Of a stretch of DNA of 64,000 bases, positions 24,364 to 38,091 are shown piece after piece (within the stretch, counting starts at the first letter, position 1; every line of letters starts with the position of its first letter). The DNA is from Novakomyces olei. Taxonomy: Eukaryota. A program made the translations under genes and the position numbers. Below the pieces are notes generated by a model, which made no database searches, was not told the DNA's origin, and saw only the letters and a list, made by a program, of their open reading frames with translations. Location of the stretch: the NCBI GenBank assembly GCA_016906335.1, contig JADEYG010000002.1:1116001-1180000 (forward strand), written 5' to 3'.

Positions 24364-25959
24364 TCAAAGAGGTTTGGAAATTGGGCAGTCTTTAATGGAC
24401 CTTGGCGAAACTTTCCCCTGCTTTGGAGAAACGTCAAAATCGAAAATCTATTGGTCGTTAGTGATGGGATTTGTTCGATACTTACGTCAATAGGCATCCC
24501 AAGCGTAGTTGCAGCATTTGGAATGTCCACTACGCCCGCAACATGTCCCTCAACGGGGGCAGCGCTCAACAAAAGATACAGCTGATACCCCGAGTAACCA
24601 AAACGTTTAAAGTACTCAATACAATTAAGGCACGATTGGCGGTAAGCAACTGTTGCATCGAGAAAATGCTGTTTCCCGTGTTCGTCGACAGAAATTCCCT
24701 CAAACGTAAGATAGCGGGACGGAGAAAACTGAGGCTGAACGGGACCCGGGAAGAAAAAGGGGTTTCGCACAGCCATATCAGAAACGCCGTTCTTGATCAC
24801 ATCAAACTTGATTGTAATTACACCGGCCATCTCAATGGCTCCGCAAAAGCTGATCTCTCCATCGCCTATATAGTGTGTTTAGTTTGAGCAAGGTAACACA
24901 AAAATCATGTATGAGTACCTTGAGAAAAATGCAAATCGCCAATAGAAAATTTTGCACCCTCTACATAAACTGGAAGGTAAGATTTACTTCCACGGCCGAC
25001 GTTTTTGCAGTCAACATTGCCACCATGTTCGCGGGGCGGGATCGTGCGAGCTCCCTCACGATGAATCTTTGCCGCCAAGTCCTTATCGGAGAAATTGAGT
25101 GACCCAGCATGTGCGCCTGTGCTCAGTGGAAGCTGGGCTACAGTTTTCCCCACACTCTGTTCCTTTTCTTCGACCAAGCTGGTTTCGCGATCTGTCCATG
25201 TTTTAAGCAATTCTTTGGACGGCGCACAGCCCCTAAGGCATTAGCAACGACAAGATTATTCTGTCAATCGTGATTTTGTAGCAGGTTCGTGTATGACACA
25301 GGTCGTCAGATACGAAACGATACCAATAAACAATGATTAAACGAGATAAAGCGTACAAGCAATCAAAGTGCAGACTTACATCAAACCTGGATGAATCATT
25401 CCGGCAAAACGCACGCCTGGAACATGTCGGGAGGACGCGTACACACCTGCCCCATTAGTATAGATGCCGCAATAACAATCGTACCCTCAAAGTCCCAGAT
25501 CGCCTTTGCTGCTTGAGGATAGTGATCATCGAGGAACCCTCCTCCATTTTTCTTGTCAAATATTCCTGTAAACCCCCATGGCTGTTCAGGCAGAGGCTGG
25601 ATTTCAACAATCTCTACGACAAGCACATCGCCAGGCTCACAATTAGCCACGTGAATTGGCCCAGAAAGATAATGAATCCGCGTCAAATCAACGTCACGGA
25701 GATCGTCGGCCGAGTCGTTATCACCGATCTGTCCGCCCGTCCAATCAACACATTCAATATTGACTACTTCGCCGGGTTCGACGTGTGCAGCTGCTTCGAC
25801 TGCCCAATGTCAGCGCCACACGCACTACCGTCTTACCATCAGGGTGCCTATATCATCAGTCACATGACCAACACAATAATCTTACCATCGATTATGAAAG
25901 CATTTCTGCTCATACGCCTCTTTGGACAAATCAGCCTTGATCGCTGTTCTAATGGCCAT
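24364..25959 (-). CDS. fmdS: Formamidase (FmdA/AmdA family); 7 exons including an 11-nt microexon 25837-25847
   Basis: Splicing gives HNRWHPD, ECVDWTGGQI, HYLSGP, GGFLDDHYP, PREHGGNVD, GDLHFSQGDGEISFCGAIEM, VVDIPNA. Confidence 0.93.
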
Positions 25960-26641
25960 CTCGGACGGATACAATGCGCGAGTGGGACCATTAACGCTCC
26001 CCACACTAATATATACTCGTGTTAATTTGCGCTCCTTGACATTTTCCTTATCGGGCAGTCAGTTGCGTCTGATAAGAAAAGTCTCCAATCTTTTGGCGCT
26101 ACCCCAACTGCCGATACTGCTTTTGACAAGCAGTGTTATGTGCCGCCGTCAGCCTATTATATTCTATAAAACAATTAAATAATAATCTCGCCTATTAATC
26201 TCGAATACTATCTAATAATAATTGTGACTTATCGTACAACGTCCATTTCTGCCAGTGAGGAGAATGGGCACGGAGAGTTCAAGGCCACAACTAGTCTTTA
26301 TGTCTCCTACTACCCGTTTGACGGTTTGGTAGACCTTTTGAGAATACCGTTCTCTTACGCTAACATCCTGCTGTAAAGAGCACCCCGGAATTTTTACGAC
26401 TATACTGAGCTACAGGGGGGCTAAAGACAGCCGAGCAAGGGTGCAGGATTATTCGCCTGAAAATAAATAGTTTTGTTATTTATAGTAAATGTATACAATG
26501 ATATCAACTCGTACCCATTAGGAATATCAGTGCCCGCCTTTTGCACTGTTTCCCATCAAACCAAGAACAGTTTTCCTACACCTTTCTACTGGCCATAGAT
26601 GCAAAATCGGAGGGCATCAGTAGGAGTAAAGGTATGCAAAT

Positions 26642-26645
<4 letters not shown>

Positions 26646-26683
<38 letters not shown>
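26646..26683. repeat. Poly(A)/poly(T) homopolymer, ~38 nt
   Basis: Read directly. Confidence 0.95.
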
Positions 26684-26685
<2 letters not shown>

Positions 26686-26725
26686 AAAACCTGTTGCCAA
26701 AATCAAATCGCCCCACTCATGGACG

Positions 26726-29080
26726 CTACTTCTTCGGCAAGAGAGAAGAGTTGCTGTCCTCCCGCATCATCTCTGGGACCTGAGGGATGGCCAAATCTTC
26801 CACAAACTTTGAGCTCCTTCGGTGGTCAGGCTGTGGTTCGTCAAAGACAGTATCAAAGGGATTGACATTTTCTTGCCCGTGATGCTCAGTGTCCTTGTAC
26901 GCTTCAACGTCCGTTTCGGAGATAAATGAGGAATCGTCTCGAGCTACAACGACGTTTTTGACGTCTTTGGTTGAAGCAATTGTGTATCCATCAAAATTAG
27001 ACTGGCCTTTACTTTTTCCATCATAGCACTGGGCCTCTAGGCTTGCACTGTCATCGCTTTTACTGCTCTCAATGTCAGCCATTGTGATTCCACGTTCACT
27101 AGCGCCATCTGATAATTGTCCATCAGGGGTTATCTTTCCCAAAACACTCCGCCTTCTACGGCGAGCTAATTGCAAAACCATGCTTGTTATCATAAGAACA
27201 ACGAGCAAAACTGTGAGTATGCATTGCAAGACTACGAGCGCAATGCCCAAAACAGATTTGGCAGTGGCAGAGACTCCAATTGCTTCGATGAAAACAAGCA
27301 TGCAAACTGCCATGATGATGCGCACAATGCTGATCAATATATTTACGACATTGAGGCTCCTGGACTCAAATGGAAACATGATAAACAGCATAGAGATCAT
27401 GAAAAGCTCTAAAGCAATATTGCAGCCAACTTGCGCTTTCCCGTGTCCATCTCCCAGTGCAATGATGCATCCCTTGCTGAACGCATACAAAATGACTGGG
27501 AAAAAGAACCACCAGCTTTGCAAGCGGTAAGAATCATAAAACACGCCGTATTGCTTTCGAAACTGTTTGTTCACGTAAAGCACTTGTCTCGCATTGTTAC
27601 GCTGCAGTCTTCGCTGTCTCAAATAAAACATTACAATACGCACAGAATATGCAATCAAAAGAAGGGAGAAGGCGGCCAGCGTAGAGGCAGCCAGAACGCT
27701 AGCTAACCATGAATCCCCATTGCGAAACTGAAATAGGCACACGATTGTCCATGCGCAAAAAAGCAGCAGTATCGTGCGCACCACGAGCCCCGTCATTACG
27801 TTCCAGTAATTTAAACGAAACTTGTTTAACCATTTAGGAAACCTTTTATTCCTCGCCATTGTGGCGGCTGCCAGTTCTAGTATCAGCTTGAGCAACAGGC
27901 ACGCTGCAATTATTGACGCAATAATGATCAGGTACAACAGAAACGCGGTCATAAACGTGTTTTCTGTCGGCACACGGATCCGCTCAACGAATATCCTGAA
28001 CCCCTGCTCAGTGTTTTTTATTAGCCCAGACGCGTCTGTCACAGCCCGTTTGTGCAAATGTCTGACTTGTATACTATTGCCACTGTCCGGCTGCTGATTG
28101 GCCGAATGGCCGTACCTCAATTCTCGATGGCTTGTAGTAGTCCAGTTACTGGTCGCAGTATGGCCTCCAGTCAAGTACCGCATATGATCAATCGATCTTT
28201 GCATTGGCCCCCACCCCACAATCAGTGAGGACCATGCAAAGTTTGATGCAAACTCCCTGTAAATCTCGGGATAGTCGAGCGACATGGCGGATGAGAAGGT
28301 TATGGCTTGAAACCAGCCAAGAGCATCCACAAACCCAACGGCTGCGCCTGGGCTCATGAGCGGGTACCCCATTAAAGAGCTGCCAGCAGAAACTGCAAGC
28401 GTCCCTACAGCAAACCCAAACGAAGCATAAGCCACACTATGGCGCCGGACGGATTTACCATTCGTCACCGCAACGTCAAGGCACAAGACAGTGCCGTTAG
28501 ACTGTGCATCAACGAATTCAACACGTGCCGTGCAGTCCAAGTTGGGGACAGTGAAGGCGGTGGAGGGGATCTGGTCCATTTCCTCCTGTGTTAGTGTAAG
28601 CGTGCTTGTAACATTGAGCGCCTGCTGCGGAACAGGACACAGTGCCGGAATCGTATTAGGCTCGGCACAGGGATCGATGCGCGTACTGTACACCTGTCTG
28701 CCGTAAGCATCGACGCGAATAAAGGCTGCAAGCAAGTTAGTTAAAGCCCACAACAAACATGAATCTCCAAAAAACATGAATCTCCAACAAACATGAATCT
28801 CCAACAAACATGAATCTCATAAATTCTTATAGAGGTCCGTCTTACCAGATACGTGCTGCTCTCGATTCGATGATCCGTCTACGTGGAAGGTTAAACGCCG
28901 AGAATTGCGGTCGAGGTAAAGTGACGCGCCCTCAACGACTACATCGTTATTGCTGCTGCTACTGCAGCGCGTGACACGCGACGTTGCCAGGTAGTCGGAG
29001 GCACTCGCCGGCCGAGAGCATAAAGCTCCAACGAGGGAAAGCCAAGCGAGAAGCGAGTACACAAAGCGAGACATTGGCAT
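26726..29080 (-). CDS. Flavin-carrier/TRP-like (FLC/Pkd2 family) membrane protein; one intron ~28728-28845
   Basis: Signal peptide, ML-like domain (IDPC..LCPVP, VPNLD, VTNGKS), WFQAI..AMSLDYPEIYREFASNFAWS, multiple TM helices. Confidence 0.88.
28751..28818. repeat. 17-nt tandem repeat (CAACAAACATGAATCTC x4) inside the FLC intron
   Basis: Read directly. Confidence 0.9.
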
Positions 29081-29742
29081 TTGTTTACTACTGCCTTGGC
29101 CAAGTCGTGTGCTTTGACGATCAGTCCTGGCTCATATTCTTCCAGGCCAAGCCACTATGATGGAAAATGTGGCTATACGTATACATACATAGTTTGTATA
29201 TGTATATACATACGTATATAGATATACTATAATTATATACATATACTATAATCATATACATATATACGTACAATAATTATATACATACACGTACACATGC
29301 AAGGGAGGTACGCGTGTCACGTGAATATAGTCACGAGCCAGAATAGGAAACCATGAAACTGGAACACTATATAATAATACCACTATACCTGTGCGCCGGC
29401 TCCTGCATAATATGTATATTGGAACGCGCATAGTGCCGTTCACATTGATGCATCGCGTATATAAATAGAACATTATGAATTTTGACAAGAATCATTGAGC
29501 AAGTAATCATGAACGCATGGCTAGTGTTTACATAGTCGCCAAACTCGTTACTGTTCGAGCTGTATTTGCCACTGTCTATTGGCTGTGTAGTGGAATAGCT
29601 AAAGAGGGGAATAGCTAAAGAGCCAGCGACGATTTGGATCGTCACTTGATACACGCCTGACTGCGCACAACTCGATATGGTAGAAAGGTTCATTAATTAT
29701 CGTCATCTCGAATTATAGTGCTATGGAAGCAGTGCAGGCAGC

Positions 29743-30530
29743 CTAATTACTGCCCTCAGGCTTGCTTGGGCTGATTTTAAGGCTGCGTAATGTGGCCGTG
29801 AAGGGCGCTTGTGAATAATTGGTTTCACCACCGGCCCACTCGATAGTGCCCTGACCGTTGCTGGGATCGCCACCGGCCCATAGGCCGACTTTTACCTGCA
29901 TTGGCGTGTTGATATCGCCAGGCCACACAGAACGGTTTGCGCTTCGCACTATTCTATCGTCAACGAGCCATTCAATCGCCTTGGGACTCCATTGGACCGT
30001 GTAGTCGTGGAATTCGCTTTGTGTTTGCTGTATTTTGGCTGAGCCGGCACTGCCATAATTTTGGCCTGTGCCCACTATCCCTTTGGAGTAGAAATTAGAT
30101 TGAACCTCGTCAGGGTAGCCCCCCAACCATTCCCAATCGATTTCGTCCTTTACCGGTGACATTAAAAGCGCGGTCGTCACTATGCCTTGGCCTTTTATTT
30201 AGCACGCACACAGGGCCAATGAGACGTACCTTTTGCAGTTTTGAGCGATAGCTGTAAAGAGCCGTATGTGAAATTGGATCGTGATACGAGAGTAGGATAA
30301 TCACCCTGTTTTTCAAGGCTTATCTCGAGGCCGTCGTCCGTTGGCCGTAATGAACCGCCACCTATAACTGACCAATCATGTGCAGAAACATTCTTGCTGT
30401 TTGTAAAGTTAAATACCTGGTCCGGATTCGTCACACTCGCTCGACTTGTTCCAGTCGCAGCTCCTGTTCCAGGAGCCGGTGCAGCGTATGCGCAAGCAAG
30501 GACACTAACAAATGCTATACCTGCCCTCAT
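29743..30530 (-). CDS. Secreted GH16 Crh-like chitin transglycosylase; intron ~30192-30229
   Basis: Signal peptide, KTAKGQGIVT (spliced), catalytic DEIDWEWLG, FHDYTVQW, TPMQVKVGLWAGGD, GTIEWAGG. Confidence 0.9.
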
Positions 30531-30916
30531 CGTTCTAGCAGACTTTGGATACAGATGCTTGGCGCATCCTTTTTATATTGATTTTCGTTTCTATTATTAT
30601 GCTCCTACGGTAATGCTGCTATTCCGAGACCACTGTTTCCCCTGAATATCATAAATACCGATAACCGGGGATTTTCGCCCTATTCGGATGTGTCAGTTGG
30701 CAAAGCCTAATTTCTGCAACAGCGAGTCGGGCAGACTAGCTAAACGATTCAAGCATTATTCTCCACGCTGATCGACTGTGCGGAGGCCACAAGACTGTCA
30801 AAGACCAGAATCTAATACTCTTGGAATATTTCATTTTTCCAATTTTATTGTATCTCTTGACACTGCATTTTTGTCGCTATGGCGACCAACGGTTGCCCCG
30901 CAACTTCATTAAACCT

Positions 30917-31102
30917 TCATTTCCCTTCTAGGAGTATGATCAACAAGTAAACAGCGATAGAGCTGAATATACTCATAGAGACGATTGTGCGCCAACGTAG
31001 ACAATTCTCTTGTTGTGGCGGCGGCAGATGCTCGTCCGCTTTGGAGGTATCCTCGCAGTCATAGTCAGGGCATACGATAAGCGCTTCGGGGTTCGCGTTC
31101 AT
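30917..31102 (-). CDS. Small (61 aa) putative tail-anchored membrane protein, unknown function
   Basis: ATG with TATA-like TTATATAA ~30 nt upstream; acidic N-terminus and one C-terminal hydrophobic helix. Confidence 0.5.
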   Translation of the reverse strand: MNANPEALIVCPDYDCEDTSKADEHLPPPQQENCLRWRTIVSMSIFSSIAVYLLIILLEGK

Positions 31103-31705
31103 GGTTAGCGTGCGTTAGTCTCTGGTCTGCTTATATAATCTCTCTCGTATTTTACGTCATGTGGATTTTATAATATTATTATAGCTCATACATAATGACT
31201 GGTACAATAGTCGCTACGGCTGAGGCACGATAGAGCTGCAAATGGCATAGTATCCCATACGCCACATCAATACGATATGTCAAGAGTAGTGTGGCGTACA
31301 CAGTAAATCCACGATCATTTCAATCATCGACTTTCCATCTTTGTTCTACTGTCAACCCGCAAAAGGAACCCGTGTGACAGATCAATTAATTATACTTGAA
31401 ACGACCGTTGCAACGGTAACGCGCTTAATTTGCTTTAAAAGTTTATGACATGACACATGGCAAGTAACGTTGCCTCCACGTGAATCACAGTGTGAATCAC
31501 TCTTAACTGTATGAAAAGCACGATAGGCAGCAAAGTATGACACGCGTCAGCTACGTATGGCAAACAAGTAACCTTTACGCCAGACTATTACGGTACTAAA
31601 TGTCTAAAACACAATTTAGAATTTTTGTGTAGATTTATGTAGATTTAACAACCGTTTAATTAAATTGTTTGCTAATACTGTCGAGATCTATGCAGCAAAA
31701 GCAGT

Positions 31706-34700
31706 ATGGCCGACAGCAGCGCGGGCAGTGATCTGCCCGTAAACGAGATAAAAGCTCAAGTCTGGCATCTCCTGTTTGACCTCTGTTACCAGTTTCGATA
31801 CAAGTTTACAGATTCGACGCTTGAGCAGGTAATACCGCAGCTGCTTGGGTTGATCCTGACAGAGGATCGTCGTGGCAGCTGGCTCGGCCCTGATATACAG
31901 AGCCAGTACCCTGTAGCGCACTATGGACTGGCCGACTCTTTAAGTGATCTGCTCTGTAAACGGAGTCAAACAGCCCCAGAGTATTTGCCGAGCGCACGTG
32001 GCCGTCCGTGTGGACACATTTTCCGGCCAGGAGAGCCAGTTTACCACTGCAAGTAAGAAAATACAAACTGTAAATTGACAGAGAAGCAGATTGCTCACTA
32101 TTTCTATAGGCAGTGCAGTAACGACGAAACTTGCGTTCTCTGTATGCAATGCTTTAGAGCAACGGACCACGAGGGGCACGAAACGACAATGAGTATCACG
32201 TCTGGTGATAGCAGCTGCTGTGACTGTGGTGATGAGGAGTACGAGACATATAATTATACCAAAATTTCTGACTAGTGTAGGGCGTGGAAAGTACCTCTTA
32301 AATGCCGTATCCATTCTTCAGAATGGCAAGGGGCAGAGACTGCTGAGGAACAGTCTAACACTACCGCTCTGCCAGGCGGTGCACTGACTGAGGCAGAACG
32401 AACACGGGCCAGGGCAGCTATTGAAGCGATGCTCGAGTTTGTGTCTGTTACATTAGAAAACACGCCAGACAACAAAGAGTTTGTGACGGTTGGACACTGC
32501 CTTGATGACGAGGCAAAGTCACGGTTGACGTCTCCCTACAGTATTGACGGCGAACCACCACTTAAAGATGCGATATGCCAGCATTGGTGTGTCGTTCTTT
32601 GGAACGACGAAAAGCATACTTTTGCAGAAGTGATAGAGCGAGTGCGCCGGGCGACTAATCGCACACACGATTTTGGGAAAATGATTGCCATGAACGTGGA
32701 CAAACGGGGACGTGAAACTGTGCTCATGTCCACTTCATTAATGCCCCTCATCCAAGCCGCTGAGCTGATCGGAAGTTCAGGTCTTAGTGTAAATGTGAGG
32801 AGCGCGCGTGACTGTTTTCGCGAAGAGCTTAGCTCGGCTATTCTGCTCCTTTTGAATGACCTCTCGCAATGCCCATTCCCAGCGGATCCGACATTTTTCA
32901 AAGATGTGTTGTGCGATTTGCTCATGATGGCTATCCAGGGCGATACAGACCGGAAATTTAAGATACCTATATACGTGGAACAGGAGTCCGATAGCGAGGA
33001 TGATAACTCTGATGCTTATGATCTAATTACAGAGGCGATGAACGCTGCTGTCGATGTCGATTTTAATGGAGATGGCGACATTGAATTAGCGATGGAGGAT
33101 ATACAAGATGAAGTACAGAACCAAGAGCCAGTTCTACTAAATCATGCTAGGAGGCAAAGCGTATCAACAACGCGCCCAAATCATGTCCCACCAGTCAATA
33201 CTCCGCAGAGCATGACAGATATTTCTGCCACTGTGCTTCGGCGAATGAGTTTTCAAGACGGCTTTGATACGAGCCCCGATCCTTGGTTCGTCAAGCCTTG
33301 GCTTGCCAAGACGGGCGGTGAACCGGTTGTTTACAGTGAAACACTGAAAGCGTTGGAGCGTGGCAATTCGAATAACGTAGATTTTCGGTTCCCTGATAAT
33401 CAGTTGGGTACGTGGAAGCTACGTGTAGATCAAAACCCTCTCAAAGTTGGACCATGTGACAATGTACAGTCTCTTCGGCCTTTGCTTTTAATCGACTATT
33501 TAATTGTTAGTGAACTGAAGCTGCCAAAGTCTGTACGCATTGGTCTGCGAAACCTGTATACCCGGTTAATTGTTCAGAATTTTGATTTTCGACGGACTCT
33601 TGCCTTTAGATTTGCGCTTTTATACACGCATCTTGCAAAAATGTATTTCTACCATGACCGTGAGCCAGATCATTCTATTATGAACCTCTCTGTTCAGCTA
33701 TTCACCGTGCCTTCGATTTCTGCAGATTTGATAGGCCGGCTGGATATCCTGACAACTTTAAACAGGATACTGTTCAGTTTTTATACACAACGGCACGAGC
33801 TGGGCCAGGTACCAGAGGACCCACTCGATAGTCCTGTCGAATTTGAATCGCCTAGGATAAAGCTGAAAAGGCTCTTTGTTGTACTGCAAGATATACAGCA
33901 TATTGTTCAGTTTCCAACCGCATGTAAATTAGTGACGGAAGACAATAGATACATTGTGCAGTTCCTTGAACTTCTTACCCTTTTTCAAGGAATGCACCCC
34001 GTTGAAAGAGAGAGGCATGATCATGTTGAGTACGAATCGGATTCGTGGGTGACTGCTTTCGGGATCAGCCTTCCCACAGCACGCATGATCGATCAAGCTG
34101 GACGCAATTACGAAGAGGCCTCTTTATCATCACGAATTACTGCCGCAAAAAGCTGCGTACGAGCACTTTTGGTGTGGCTGAGTGGGCAATTGAAGTGGAA
34201 TCAGCCGGAGAATGGATTCGCTTTGGTTCTCGAGCGCGATTACTTGAATGATTTCAGAATGGTTCCTTTTCATGCTGTATTTGAGCCCATAAGCTTTCAT
34301 CATCCTCTGCATTGGATGCTGGGCGGTGTTCTTGCTCATTTTGACTTTACTGATAGGTCGTTGGCGGAATCGCTGTTTAGATGCGAACCCACTGAGACCT
34401 ACAATAAATATGGGCTTCCCTCTGTCCTATTGGCTATCGTCGATCATCCATTGAGAGTAGCTGCCTGGATAGCTCAAATTGAGGCCAAGCTTTGGGTTCG
34501 TAATGGTGCAGTTCTCTTGCTTCAAGTACATTATTACAAAGAAGAAAAGCATCGAGAATTTTTCCATCTAAAAGACCTCCATTTGATCTCCAAGATGGCG
34601 ACTATAATTTCTCCTGATGATTTTGTGTATGCGCTCATAAGCCGATTCGATCTGATGAATATTGTTTTGGGTAGGTACGATGTGCCCTGTGAAGATTACA

Positions 34701-37700
34701 CAATCAAACACCAGACGATTATTTTGGAATCAATGCTGCGGCTCTTGCTTTATATCTTAACCGAAAGGAGTGCGTTCAAAGAAACTATGAATTTTGATCA
34801 AGTAATGAATGAGCTTGCTCATGTTCTTTGTTTAGGTCCATTGGCGCATTCTGAAGTCGTCCAGCATTGCACGAACAATATTGTTTCTTCAAAGTATTTC
34901 GATCAAGCACTCATGGAAATTTCTAATTTCCGTGAGCCTGTAGGGCTCTATGAAAGTGGCACATACGAACTGAAACCCAATGCATTAGAAAGGGTGAATA
35001 TCTATTCTCTTCGGTTTAACCGCAATGGTCGAGACGATGTGGAGTCGGTTTTACGGAGAAGGGTTTCGCAGGACAAAGGTATTGAAGAGGAAAAGGTAGT
35101 CTTGATGCCTCCTGCAAAGTTTCTACCGGAAAAGACTTCTCAAAAGGACATATTTCATCCTTTATATACATCACTTGGATTTATTCGTCTTGTTTATCAC
35201 GCGGTTGATTACTGCATTTTGCACATACAAACCAGCGGAAAGTTTGGCACGACCGATATTGACGATAGCCCACGACCTGACACAGTATTGGATTTATCCT
35301 TAACTTTGATACTGCTGGCTTTGAGGCTGGATAGAGAAAGTGGAAAGCAATCATCCCAAGGCCCAGATTTTGGAATAAAAGTCAAACTTGATTCAAATCT
35401 GAAAATACTTTTCGAATGCCTTGAATTAGTGGAGTTTCGATCCGCTTGGCCAAAAGTTACTGCCATACTTGAAGAGTATGCCGCCATTTCAAATCGTAGC
35501 GTTACAGAGCTAGCAGGCTCGCTTGGCATCAAAGCAGAAGACGGCGATTTAAAGGGACACTTGGCCGAATCATCTGCCAATTCTTCGCAACAGGTTCAGG
35601 AGCAAAAAAGAAAGCAAGCTAGTGATCGCCAAAAGCGCATACTAGAAGAATTTAAGCGGCAGCAAAGTACATTTATAAATAACTTTGATGTGGAGTTTTC
35701 TGATAGCGAAGGCGAGGAAAACGAAGATAGCCAATCTCGAAATGATCAGGCTACCTCTGACGATTCAGATGACGAGCAGCTAAACAGTGTGGATTTTCCA
35801 GCGGGGAATTGTATAATATGTCAAGAGCAATGTGACGATCGCCGCATTTATGGTGCTCTAGCACACATTCAACTTTCAAATTTCCTTCAGGGTCCACCAG
35901 ACAGCGATTGTTTCGATGCTGTTTTGAAGGACGTAATTTCGTTTGACCAAAACCTCAATCAAGACGAGAAAGAGTTGGAAGATCTTTGCAGCACAGCACA
36001 GATGATAGAGCCACCCCCAATCAAAAGGATGAAACGCGATGTTCGTCCTTCCCTAAGAGGCTGTGGGCATATTATGCATCTCGCATGTTATGAGCAACTT
36101 AAAACTAGCACTTTTGACAGGGTCAGACTTCAGCCTTACAGAAACAATCCAGAAAACCGAGAGCTGCAAGAGCTTCTATGTCCTCTCTGTAAAGGTCTTT
36201 GCAACTGTTTGCTGCCAATCATGTGGCGACCTTTGCGGAGAAGAAAAGTGTACGACGCGCGGGATTATGCGGCGATAATTCACAGACTTTTGTTTGAAGC
36301 CTACCGACAGGATGCAAACTCCAGCTTCATAAAACCGCTAAACACAACAGATTCTATCTTTAGTGGTGCTTTTACCGAGAGCTTTCATTCTTCTGGAGCC
36401 CGAAAAGACAGGAATGGGAAAGCCAAGTCATTTGCCGGCTCACTTCTTGAAAGGGCTGCAAGTATTGCGCGTTTTGGCGAATCTTCCAATACTAATGTCG
36501 CAAACCAGGCCTTTAAGCGACTCGAACAGGCCGCTGAAGTCCACATAAAACGTCTCAAGCCTCGATCAGGCAGTATTAGCCCTATAATGTCTGAATCATC
36601 CATGCCTGAAAAACTCATTCTTATAACGACAATGCTTGAATCCTTTGCAAACTCGATCAAAACAATCGAGTCATCAAGTCGTAAGCGATTTTCAAGCGAC
36701 ATTTGGTGCAATAGCATTCCAACACACCAGCTAACAGTGCTGAGAATTGCCATGAATTCGATTATTGGGCTGGTCGTGAATGAATGCTTGCACGATTTGT
36801 CCAAAGTGCGAAGTCTGGAGACTCTGTACCGGGATTGTTATTGGAAAATGCATCCATACAGCTCACATTATTCCTCTTTCCAAGGTGGTGAGCTAAGGCC
36901 CGGTCCGCCTTTTACCCTAGTGGACTGCGATCGATTCACCGTGTTTCTAGTGATGACCATTTTTGGTCCGGACATTCAGGGGTCGGAAAAGCATTATGCT
37001 GAATACACGTATTGTGCAGAGCTAGTTGCGGCAGTCATTCATTTTTTCATCAGCTGCTCACACTTGGATACGCTTGTTGAAGACAAGGAAATTAATACCA
37101 CCGTGATTAATCGACTCGGGGACCAAGCTGGACACGCAAATATCCATAAATTTAAGCAGTTTGCCTATAAGGTCTTGACGGCTTTCCTGTCCAGTGGGCT
37201 CAATGGTGACGAGCAGAGTTTGCGGGTCTTGGACAACGACAACTATTTGATGCTTATGCTGTACTGGGTGCAACTATGTGGGGATTGCTATTTAAGAAAG
37301 TTGGCCCTCTTCTTTACCATCACAAACACCGACCTTGTGCATGATTCCAAATACACGTTTGAGGGCGATATTCTTGCTTCTGCTCTAAAACTGCCCATCT
37401 TGTCACAAATTTTGATGACAGACTACGTCTTCGAATACCCCAGTCTTTCCGAGGCCATTGTCGTTTGGTCTAAATCGTTTAATCCTTCAGCGACATCGAG
37501 CGCGTTTGGCAGTGGCAACTCTGTGGCTGGAATAAGCATGGATTACCCCGGCTTGTATAAGCTTTGCCGTCTGCCAAAGCAAATGGACTCACTTTTGAGC
37601 TCAGTGTTGGATATGGTCTGTCCAAAGTGCAATACAGCACCAGAGCAACCGGCAATATGCCTTATTTGCGGGAGACTGGTCTGCTTTCAAGTCTATTGCT

Positions 37701-38011
37701 GCCTGTCAAATGGTGTGGGCGAATGCTCTTCTCACGCAGCCGAATGTTCTAATGGCGAGGGCATTTTCTTGATTGTACGGAAATCTGCTATACTATTGCT
37801 GAATGGCGGTAAAGGCCATTTCCTGCCAACACCATACCTGGACGTTCATGGCGAAACGGACATGGAAATGAGACGGTTTCGGCCTCAATTCCTGAACGCC
37901 CGGCGGTACAATGTGTTTATCCAGCAGTTATGGCAAGACAGAACGATTGGCGATTTTATTGCTCGCAAGCTTGATGGGCGAATAGACCGTGGTGGATGGC
38001 TTGCAATGTAA
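31706..38011 (+). CDS. UBR1: N-end rule E3 ubiquitin ligase (UBR box, ClpS-like, RING-H2); introns ~32053-32109, 32239-32280
   Basis: CGHIFRPGEPVYHC..CVLC..CF..HEGH..CCDCGDEEAW, VLWNDEKHTF, RING CIICQE..GCGHIMH..LCPLCK, PYLDVHGETD. Confidence 0.96.
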
Positions 38012-38091
38012 ATATTAAATATACATTCATACTAATATAGTATCTTGGTCGCATGCAACGACAATATACCCTTATCCTTTCTATTCTTCAG

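Noticed and set aside
26260..26460. Several short hairpins and an Sm-like AATTTTT
   Set aside because: No recognisable snRNA, RNase P/MRP or SRP motifs
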